A DNA stretch of 64,000 nucleotides from Tubiluchus corallicola. Taxonomy: Eukaryota > Animalia > Priapulida. A model generated the notes under the pieces. That model made no database searches, was not told the origin of the DNA, and worked only from the letters and a program-made list of their open reading frames with translations. Location of the stretch: the NCBI GenBank assembly GCA_030141605.1, contig JAQGDQ010002390.1, positions 1 to 64,000 of the forward strand. Reading direction: 5' to 3'. The translations under genes were made by a program, and so were the position numbers. Positions 56,163-64,000 of this stretch are shown here, in pieces (the stretch's first letter is position 1; each line of letters opens with the position of its first letter).

Positions 56163-57674
56163 TTAATGCTTAAAATGACGCACTGCCGTAAAAATCATCG
56201 CAATACCATACTCATCACACGCCTCTATGGCTTCCTTATCACGAATAGATCCCCCCGGCTGAATAATCGCGGAAATACCCGCCGCCGCCGCCGCGTCCAC
56301 AACATCCCGAAACGGAAAAAACGCATCCGAAGCCAAAACAGCTCCCTGACAATCCCCTCCGCGCTCTATCGCCTGCTGGGCCGCCCAGATACGATTCGTC
56401 TGACCTCCCCCAACACCAACAGCCATCCCATCACGCACAACAACAATCGCATTAGACTTTACATGCTTCACAAGCTTCATCGCAAATAAAAGATCGTCCC
56501 GCAACTCCTCCTGAATAGGCTCCTTGGTAACAACATTCCACTGCTCCAAAATATCAGCGTCCCTCTCCTGAACCAAAAGACCACCATCAACCGTTATAAT
56601 CTCCTGACTGCCCAGCGGCGCGACAGAACAACGAACCAGCCGCAAATCTTTTTTCCTCTTTAAAATATCCAACGCCTCAGGCGTAAAATCCGGCGCAATA
56701 ACCACTTCCAGAAAAATCGAAGCCGCCTGCTGGGCCGTCCGACCATCAACAGGGCGATTAAACGCGACAATCCCACCAAATATAGAAACAGAATCACACG
56801 CGTATGCCTTCTTATACGCCTCAAAAACATCCTCGCCACGAGCCGCTCCACACGGCGTCGAATGCTTCACCGCGCAACAAACAGTCTCCTTAAACTCATT
56901 AACAACCTGCCAAGCCATATCCATATCCCGCAAATTGTTAAAAGAAAGCTCTTTCCCATGAAGCTGCTCAAAATCTCGCATCGCGCCCGATCGCGCCGTC
57001 GCAACATAATAAGCCGCCGACTGATGCGGATTCTCCCCATAACGCAACTCCATCGCCCTTCGATAAGAAACAGAAAGATAAGGCGGACGTACCCCCTTGT
57101 CCCCATCGAGTAAAAAATCAGAAATCGCCGCGTCATACGCCGCCGTTAAATTAAAAACCTTCCCCGCTAAACGACGACGCGTCTCTACTGAAACATCACC
57201 GTTTTCCATCTCCGCCATAACCGATTCATAATCCGCCGTATCAGAAAGAACAACAACATCTCGGAAATTCTTCGCCGCAGAACGAAGCATCGACGGACCA
57301 CCGATATCAATAAACTCTATCGTCTCCTCAAAAGAAAGACCCACCTCCTGAACCTTGTCAAAAAAAGGATATAAATTCACAATAACATAATCAATCGGCG
57401 CAATATTCCGCTGCTTTAAAGTCTCCATATGAGTAAAATTATCACGAACAGCCAATATTCCCCCATGAATAACAGGATGAAGCGTCTTTACACGCCCCCC
57501 CAACATCTCATCAGCATGCGTAATATGAGACACTTCCGTCACAGAAAGACCCCGCTCCTGTAAAAAATGATATGTCCCCCCAGTCGAAACAAGCTCCACA
57601 CCTCGCTTTGACAAAAAACGACATAACGGTAGAATCCCATCCTTATTATAAACCGATATCAACGCGCGCTTCAT
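56163..57674 (-). CDS. purH: Bifunctional AICAR transformylase/IMP cyclohydrolase
   Basis: [47 protein letters not shown]. Confidence 0.98.
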   Translation of the reverse strand: MKRALISVYNKDGILPLCRFLSKRGVELVSTGGTYHFLQERGLSVTEVSHITHADEMLGGRVKTLHPVIHGGILAVRDNFTHMETLKQRNIAPIDYVIVNLYPFFDKVQEVGLSFEETIEFIDIGGPSMLRSAAKNFRDVVVLSDTADYESVMAEMENGDVSVETRRRLAGKVFNLTAAYDAAISDFLLDGDKGVRPPYLSVSYRRAMELRYGENPHQSAAYYVATARSGAMRDFEQLHGKELSFNNLRDMDMAWQVVNEFKETVCCAVKHSTPCGAARGEDVFEAYKKAYACDSVSIFGGIVAFNRPVDGRTAQQAASIFLEVVIAPDFTPEALDILKRKKDLRLVRCSVAPLGSQEIITVDGGLLVQERDADILEQWNVVTKEPIQEELRDDLLFAMKLVKHVKSNAIVVVRDGMAVGVGGGQTNRIWAAQQAIERGGDCQGAVLASDAFFPFRDVVDAAAAAGISAIIQPGGSIRDKEAIEACDEYGIAMIFTAVRHFKH

Positions 57675-58264
57675 CTGTCTTCTTCTCCTTTCGAAAATTG
57701 CTTTCGTAAAATCTCAACCGCCTCAGCAAGCGCCTCATACTCCTCCGCTAAAACTCTCCGCTGAAGTGTCTCCACTGTATCTTCTTCCAATACCGGAACC
57801 TTACGCTGTAAAATAACCTCACCCTGATCAATATCCTTCTCCACATAATGAACACTGCAGCCACTCTGTTTCTCCCCGGCCGCAAGAACCGCCTTGTGAA
57901 TATGATGCCCATACATGCCACGACCACCATACGCCGGCAGTAAAGAAGGGTGAATATTGATAATCCGTCCCCGCCAGCGATCCACAAACTCACGATCCAA
58001 TATCGATAGAAAACCCGCTAAAACAATACAGTCAACCTGCCCCTTTAAAACAGTGTGAATCGACGAGGATAACCGATCCTTTAAAAAACGACGATCCAAC
58101 AAAAGAGCCTCAATACCATACGACTCCGCACGCTCCAGCCCATGACAAAACCGATCGGCAATCACATACTCTATCTGAACAGATAACCGTCCACTCTTCA
58201 CACGATCAATAAGATTCTGAAGATTTGTTCCCCCTCCGGAAACCAATACCGCTATTTTAAACAT
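57671..58264 (-). CDS. purN: Phosphoribosylglycinamide formyltransferase
   Basis: [36 protein letters not shown] 58264 overlaps the purM end. Confidence 0.97.
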   Translation of the reverse strand: MFKIAVLVSGGGTNLQNLIDRVKSGRLSVQIEYVIADRFCHGLERAESYGIEALLLDRRFLKDRLSSSIHTVLKGQVDCIVLAGFLSILDREFVDRWRGRIINIHPSLLPAYGGRGMYGHHIHKAVLAAGEKQSGCSVHYVEKDIDQGEVILQRKVPVLEEDTVETLQRRVLAEEYEALAEAVEILRKQFSKGEEDR

Positions 58265-59265
58265 AATCCCTGATTCCCCCGACGAACTGAACCCATAATA
58301 TACGCCTTTTCTCCACAAGATAATAAACGCGCGCAAACCGCCTCGCTCTCTTCAGCGGAAACCGCGAGAACAAACCCCGTACCCATGTTAAACGTACCCC
58401 ACATCTCCTCCTTTTCAACACCAAGCGACTGCAAAAATGAAAATATCTCCGGAACATCTATCGCCGATCGATCAACCACAGCCTCCATACCCGCCGGCAG
58501 CATCCGAGGAACATTCTCAAACAATCCCCCCCCCGTAATATGCGCCAGACCATGAACCGAAAATTCCTCTAAAATCGTGAGAACAGACTGAACATAAATA
58601 CGCGTCGGCTCCAAAAGACTCTCCCCTACAGAACGCCCGTCAATCATCGTGTCAAGATTCGACACAAGACGGCGAACAAGCGAAAATCCATTGCTGTGAA
58701 CACCTGAAGAGCCCAACCCTATTAAAATATCCCCCTCACAAATTAAATCCGGCGTAATTAATCGCCCCCTCTCTACAACCCCAACAGAAAATCCCGCAAT
58801 ATCATACTCACCATCCTGATAAAATCCCGGCATCTCAGCCGTCTCCCCACCGATAAGCGCCGCGCTGGAAAGCTCACATCCCCGCGCAATTCCCTCTACC
58901 AATTGCGCCGCTTTTTCCGCCTCTAACTTGCCACACGCAAGATAATCCAGAAAAAATAAAGGCCTGGCACCATGACACAAAATATCATTGACACACATCG
59001 CGACACAATCAATACCAACCGTATTATAAATATCAAGCGCAAAAGCAAGCTTCAACTTCGTCCCGACACCATCCGTTCCCGAAACCAAAACAGGCTCCCT
59101 GTAAGACCCTAAAGCATATAAACCGCCAAAACTTCCTAGCGACCCCAAAACTGACGCGTTATGCGTTCGCTCCACACATTCCTTTATCAGAGAAACAGAA
59201 CGATACCCCTCCTCCTTATCAACACCAGATTGAGCGTAAGATAATGTTCTATCACCCTTATTCAT
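58252..59265 (-). CDS. purM: Phosphoribosylformylglycinamidine cyclo-ligase (AIR synthase)
   Basis: GTDGVGTKL, GGETAEMPG, SSGVHSNGFSL, HITGGG, TFNMG. Confidence 0.98.
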   Translation of the reverse strand: MNKGDRTLSYAQSGVDKEEGYRSVSLIKECVERTHNASVLGSLGSFGGLYALGSYREPVLVSGTDGVGTKLKLAFALDIYNTVGIDCVAMCVNDILCHGARPLFFLDYLACGKLEAEKAAQLVEGIARGCELSSAALIGGETAEMPGFYQDGEYDIAGFSVGVVERGRLITPDLICEGDILIGLGSSGVHSNGFSLVRRLVSNLDTMIDGRSVGESLLEPTRIYVQSVLTILEEFSVHGLAHITGGGLFENVPRMLPAGMEAVVDRSAIDVPEIFSFLQSLGVEKEEMWGTFNMGTGFVLAVSAEESEAVCARLLSCGEKAYIMGSVRRGNQGLCLK

Positions 59266-60673
59266 GCGCTTTTTCCTCCTCTACAGGAACATACAAAGGA
59301 TAACATCCCGTAAAACAACCATAGCAACAGGACTCCCCTCCCAAAACATCAAAAAGATTCTCTATAGAAAGAAAATCAAGCGAATCCGCCTCAATCTTCT
59401 CGCAGATCTTCTCCTTCGTCAAAGAAGAGGCAACAAGCTCTCGACGACGCGCAATATCAACCCCAAAATAACACGGATGCGGAATCATCGGAGACGCAGA
59501 ACGAAAATGAACCTCTCGTGCTCCCGCCTGGCGAAATAGACGAACAATCGTGCGGCTCGTCGTCCCACGTACCAGAGAATCATCAATTAAAATAACACGC
59601 TTGTCCATAACAAGCGAACGAACAACATTAAACTTCACATGAACAGCCTGCTCCCGCAAGATTTGAGACGGTTTGATAAACGTGCGGCCAATATACCGAT
59701 TCTTCACAAGCGCCGCAACAAACGGTATATTACTGGCATGAGCATAACCCGTCGCCGCCGTAACGCCCGAATCCGGAATCCCAACAATCATATCCGCATC
59801 AACTTCCGCCTGCTCCCAAAGCTTCCGACCAGCACGAAACCGCATCTCATACGTGCTTAAACCATCAACAATAGAATCCGGACGCGCAAAATAAATATGC
59901 TCAAACGAACATAACGCCTTATTCGAAAGCTCCGAGTAAATAATAGACTGCACACCGTTTTTATCAATAATGACAATCTCCCCAGGAAGAACATCCCTGA
60001 CAAAAGTCGCCCCGACAGCGTCCAGCGCACAGGATTCCGATACCAAAACATAACCGCCATTATCAGTCTTGCCAAGGCATAAAGGACGAATACCATAAGG
60101 ATCCCGAATCCCTATCAGCTGATCGTTCACTAAAATCGTCAACGCAAAAGCACCAACGGCACAAGACGCCGCATCCCGTAAAGCATGCTGCAGATTAACA
60201 TCAATCTTCCGACTGATAAGATGAAGCAAAACCTCCGTATCCGTCGTGGTCTCAAAGACTTTTTGACCCGCCTCAAGAAGCTCCCGCATCATCCGGTTGT
60301 TGGTTAAATTCCCGTTATGCGCAATCGCTATATCCCCAAGATTGCACGTTGATTGCAACGGCTGCGCATTCTTAAGATGAGAATCCCCCGTCGTCGCGTA
60401 ACGCGTATGCCCAATAACACAATTTCCCCGCAACCCCTCAAGCATTTCCGGTGTGAAAACTTCCGAAACAAGTCCCATCCCCTTACGGGTCTCTATACGT
60501 CCCTCTTTGGAAATACTGATTCCCGTGCTCTCCTGACCACGATGCTGCAAAGCATAAAGAGCGTAACTGGCCAATATGGATAAATCTTCCCTATCCTCCG
60601 GAAAATAAATTCCCAAAACACCACAAGCCTCCTGAGGCTTGTCGTCAATATCACGTTTATATAATGGATTCAT
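59258..60673 (-). CDS. purF: Amidophosphoribosyltransferase (propeptide/Fe-S type)
   Basis: Propeptide ...QEA-CGV, LQHRGQE, GHTRYAT, DDSLVRGTT, Fe-S-type cysteines (CSFEH, PCYFG, CYGC). Confidence 0.98.
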   Translation of the reverse strand: MNPLYKRDIDDKPQEACGVLGIYFPEDREDLSILASYALYALQHRGQESTGISISKEGRIETRKGMGLVSEVFTPEMLEGLRGNCVIGHTRYATTGDSHLKNAQPLQSTCNLGDIAIAHNGNLTNNRMMRELLEAGQKVFETTTDTEVLLHLISRKIDVNLQHALRDAASCAVGAFALTILVNDQLIGIRDPYGIRPLCLGKTDNGGYVLVSESCALDAVGATFVRDVLPGEIVIIDKNGVQSIIYSELSNKALCSFEHIYFARPDSIVDGLSTYEMRFRAGRKLWEQAEVDADMIVGIPDSGVTAATGYAHASNIPFVAALVKNRYIGRTFIKPSQILREQAVHVKFNVVRSLVMDKRVILIDDSLVRGTTSRTIVRLFRQAGAREVHFRSASPMIPHPCYFGVDIARRRELVASSLTKEKICEKIEADSLDFLSIENLFDVLGGESCCYGCFTGCYPLYVPVEEEKAHE

Positions 60674-60681
60674 TCTCTATT

Positions 60682-61395
60682 TCAGCTTTCTTGGTTCAGT
60701 CTCTTTAAAACTTCCAGATACGCCTCTTCCAAACTTCCAAGATCCCGGCGAAAAACATCCTTGTCAAGCTTCTTGCCAGTCTGCTTATCCCAAAAACGAC
60801 ACGTATCCGGGCTAATCTCATCCGCTAAAACAATCTCCCCTCTCTCATTTTTGCCAAACTCAACTTTAAAATCAACCAGGACAATCCCCCGCTCGTCAAG
60901 CGCCGCCTTTAATAAATCATTGATTTTTCTCGCGACTCCATAAATTTCCTCCAGCTCCTCATGACTCGCAAGCCCTAAGGCAACCGCATGGTAATCGTTA
61001 ATAAGCGGATCATGAAAATCATCATTCTTATAACAAATCTCCAAAATCGTACAAGAAGGAACTTCCCCCTCCGTAATCCCTAAACGACGCGCCATCGAAC
61101 CTGCGATAACATTACGGACAATAACCTCCAGTAAAAAAATATCCGTCTTTTCACACAATTGCTCACGATCGTTTAACTTTTTCTGAAAATGCGTCCGAAT
61201 ACCACACTTTTCCAACCGCTCAAAAAATATCGACGCAATACTGTTATTTAAAATACCCTTCTTTTCAATAACTTCCTTCTTCTCTCCATTCCCAGCCGTC
61301 GTATCATCCTTATAATAAATCACAACAAGAGAAGGATCCTCCGTCGCGTAAATTTTCTTTGCTTTCCCCTCGTACAAAAGACCTTGCTTTTCCAT
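60682..61395 (-). CDS. purC: SAICAR synthetase
   Basis: [43 protein letters not shown]. Confidence 0.98.
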   Translation of the reverse strand: MEKQGLLYEGKAKKIYATEDPSLVVIYYKDDTTAGNGEKKEVIEKKGILNNSIASIFFERLEKCGIRTHFQKKLNDREQLCEKTDIFLLEVIVRNVIAGSMARRLGITEGEVPSCTILEICYKNDDFHDPLINDYHAVALGLASHEELEEIYGVARKINDLLKAALDERGIVLVDFKVEFGKNERGEIVLADEISPDTCRFWDKQTGKKLDKDVFRRDLGSLEEAYLEVLKRLNQES

Positions 61396-61428
61396 TCTTT
61401 ATTCCTTTCTCTCTATAAACACTCTCAA

Positions 61429-61908
61429 TTAAAACACAACACCCGTCGCATTATCCTTAATAAACTGATCTTTCATCTCCTGGCGAAACCCCCGCAACCG
61501 CTCCGAAAGAGACGGGTATTTCACAGCTAAAATCTGAACAGCCAACATACCCGCATTGTACGAATTATCAATCCCTACCGTCGCAACAGGAATTGACTTG
61601 GGCATCTGAACAATCGACAATAATGAATCCATACCATCCAAAGACGCCGAAATCGGAACACCAATAACAGGCAAGATCGTTTTCGAAGCAATAACACCCG
61701 GAAGATGCGCCGCTAAACCCGCTCCCGCTATAATGACCTCAACGCCACCAGCCTCCAAAGCCTCCAGCGTCTTTGCAAGATGCTCCGGAACACGATGCGC
61801 CGATAAAATATGCGCCTCAAAATCAATATCAAACGCACGCAAGCATAACGCCGCTCCTTGCATCTTCTCCTTATCCGAACGACTGCCAAAAATAATCGCC
61901 GCTTTCAT
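61429..61908 (-). CDS. purE: PurE (N5-CAIR mutase / AIR carboxylase)
   Basis: GSRSD, SAHRVP, AGAGLAAHLPG, PVIGVP, SIVQMP. Confidence 0.97.
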   Translation of the reverse strand: MKAAIIFGSRSDKEKMQGAALCLRAFDIDFEAHILSAHRVPEHLAKTLEALEAGGVEVIIAGAGLAAHLPGVIASKTILPVIGVPISASLDGMDSLLSIVQMPKSIPVATVGIDNSYNAGMLAVQILAVKYPSLSERLRGFRQEMKDQFIKDNATGVVF

Positions 61909-61930
61909 AATTTTCCTATCCTTTCAAAAA

Positions 61931-64000
61931 CTAACTGAAATAACGAACCGCATTGGAAAAAATATCCAAACATGTCTCTCCTTCAATATTTTTGTATAGT
62001 GTTGAATCATAACGCTCAACATGACCCATTTTACCTAAAATACGACCATCCAAAGATGTAATCCCCTCTATCCCATAAACAGAACCGTTAGGATTAAACT
62101 GACCATCCGATGTAGGGAAACCCGCAAAATCAACATATTGAGTCGCAACCTGACCATGAGAAAAAAGCGACTCAATAACAGACTCACACGCCATAAAACA
62201 ACCCTCGCCATGAGACATGGGCGTCTGATAAACTTTCTCAAAATTCTCCGAGGAAAACCACGGCGATAAACCAGAAACAACCTTCACAGAAGACATCATA
62301 GAAACATGCCGGCCAATCCTGTTATACGTCAATGTCGCCCCACCAGCAGCACCATAAGGAAGATCAAGAGCAGATGCCCGCACGCTCGCTTCGCTCAACA
62401 TCTCACCACCAACACACCCATACGGCAAAAGACCGCTCTTTAAAAGCGCCTGAAAACCATTGCAAATCCCTAAAATTAAACCATCCCTCTCTAAAAATCG
62501 CTCCAGCGCCTCTCGCACAGACCTGTTCATTAAAACCGCAACAATAAATTTTCCAGCCCCTTCAGGCTCATCCCCCGCAGAAAATCCCCCCGGAAGCATA
62601 AATACCTGCGCATTCAACAAACCCTGAACAAGAGAATCAATAGATGCGCTGATACTACTCTCCGATATATTCAAAAAAGGCAAAACATCCACCACAGCCC
62701 CTGCACGCCGAAAAATCCGCGCACTATCATACTCACAATTCGTCCCCGGGAAAAAAGGAAGCAAAACATGCGGCCGAGCAAATTTCTCCCCCGTGTAAGA
62801 GCGCCCCTTACCTCGATAAAGACGCAAAGGATACGCTTGAGCCGAACCAGAAGCCTGCCGCGGAAAAACACTGTCAAGAACCCCAAGCCACCTGTCAGAC
62901 GCCTCCAAAAGAGAAACAGAAACACCGTTAAACACAAATACGCCAGAATCCTCCGTCTTCCCAAGATAAACCGCATGCGCATACTCTAAAGGAGACGAGA
63001 CCTCAACAATAATACTCCCATAATTTAATGACAGTAAATCCTCTTTATCATAAACCACAGAAAAACCAATACCATTGCCAAAACCCATCTTCGATAAAGC
63101 CGCCGCAACACCCCCGTATTTCAAACTCATCGCCGAAAGAATCTTCCCCTCACAAGCCGCCTGGTGCAAAAACGTAAAATTAGCCTTCAAACATTCCGTA
63201 TCCGGCATGAAATTCCCATCCGCCCGATGAGAAATCAAATAAAGATAACTCCCCGCCTTCTTAAAAGATGACGAGACTGTATGACGCACATCCATCGTCG
63301 TGACCGCAAAAGCAACAAGCGTCGGCGGAACATGCTTATCTTTAAAAGTCCCACTCATGCTATCCTTACCGCCAATCGCCGGTAATTTAAAACGGCGCAT
63401 CGCTTCCTGAGCCCCCAATAAAGCGGCAACAGGCTGCCCCCACGCTAAAGGATCCTCTTCCAGCTTTCTGAAATATTCCTGACAGGAAAAACGAACATCA
63501 CGCCAGTCTGCTCCCATAGCCGCTATCTTCGCCAACGCCTCAATGACCGCATAAATACCCCCATGAAACGGCGACCAGCTTGAAATAACCGGATTATACC
63601 CCCAGCTCATTACAGACGCCGTATTGGTCTCGCCCTCCTGCAAAGGAAACTTCTGAACAGATCCCTCCTCAGGCGTCCGTTGATACTTTCCCCCAAAAGG
63701 CATCAAAACCGTCGTCGCGCCAATCGTCGCATCAAACATCTCAACAAGCCCCTTCTGACAACAGACATTCAACGAAGAAAGCATCGAGAAATAACGTACC
63801 CTAAAATCCTCCCCCGGATATAACGCCTTAAAAGGCGCCTTAAAAGACGGCTCCTCTATAACAACATTCATCACGCGGCGAACACCATGAGTATCCAAAA
63901 AAGCACGGGAAAGATCAACAATCATCTCTCCACGCCAACGCATCACCAAACGATTCCGATCCGTTACAGACGCAATCTGAACAACCTCCAGATTCTCTTC
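61931..64000 (-). CDS. purL: Single-chain FGAM synthase, Clostridium/Fusobacterium-type PurL (5' part beyond the window end)
   Basis: Frame is open to 64000 (EENLEVVQIA...). KGLVEMFDATIGA, IGGKDSMSG, fused glutaminase domain FPGTNCEYD, GGFSAGDEP, LGICNGFQAL, SHGEG, GKMGH. Confidence 0.96.
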   Translation of the reverse strand, partial: EENLEVVQIASVTDRNRLVMRWRGEMIVDLSRAFLDTHGVRRVMNVVIEEPSFKAPFKALYPGEDFRVRYFSMLSSLNVCCQKGLVEMFDATIGATTVLMPFGGKYQRTPEEGSVQKFPLQEGETNTASVMSWGYNPVISSWSPFHGGIYAVIEALAKIAAMGADWRDVRFSCQEYFRKLEEDPLAWGQPVAALLGAQEAMRRFKLPAIGGKDSMSGTFKDKHVPPTLVAFAVTTMDVRHTVSSSFKKAGSYLYLISHRADGNFMPDTECLKANFTFLHQAACEGKILSAMSLKYGGVAAALSKMGFGNGIGFSVVYDKEDLLSLNYGSIIVEVSSPLEYAHAVYLGKTEDSGVFVFNGVSVSLLEASDRWLGVLDSVFPRQASGSAQAYPLRLYRGKGRSYTGEKFARPHVLLPFFPGTNCEYDSARIFRRAGAVVDVLPFLNISESSISASIDSLVQGLLNAQVFMLPGGFSAGDEPEGAGKFIVAVLMNRSVREALERFLERDGLILGICNGFQALLKSGLLPYGCVGGEMLSEASVRASALDLPYGAAGGATLTYNRIGRHVSMMSSVKVVSGLSPWFSSENFEKVYQTPMSHGEGCFMACESVIESLFSHGQVATQYVDFAGFPTSDGQFNPNGSVYGIEGITSLDGRILGKMGHVERYDSTLYKNIEGETCLDIFSNAVRYFS

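Overview
Housekeeping-rich 64 kb segment of an alphaproteobacterial chromosome, probably outside the Rhizobiales/Rhodobacterales/Caulobacterales group because tRNA-His keeps G-1:C73. It carries pstSCA, two tandem CDF transporters, an RND/MFP pair, aroC-fabI, pyrD-phnP-tatD-metG, dapC-ftsK, an EF-G-like gene, coaE, atpHAGDC, rsmA/surA, ABC-F, ndk, glnBA, tkt, trmL, dnaQ, dGTPase, comF, typA, rho, ubiK-proC, degP-rarA-M16, bamE, guaB and two tRNAs. I saw no mobile element, prophage or CRISPR array. Most unusual points: (1) a purL-E-C-F-M-N-H-D operon of Fusobacterium/Clostridium type sitting directly upstream of a native-type guaB, while purMN is missing from its usual place between ndk and the DUF2066-like gene; (2) an extreme A+C versus G+T strand asymmetry that is independent of gene orientation and biases protein composition; (3) a decayed duplication of the RND 3' end built around three copies of a 24-bp palindrome; (4) an unannotated promoter-to-terminator unit between rsmA and tRNA-Leu (sRNA and/or 19-aa hydrophobic peptide); (5) a poly-T frameshift in the degP signal peptide; (6) a G3:U70 pair in tRNA-His. 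All family and donor assignments come from motif recognition by eye and from memory, not from database searches.
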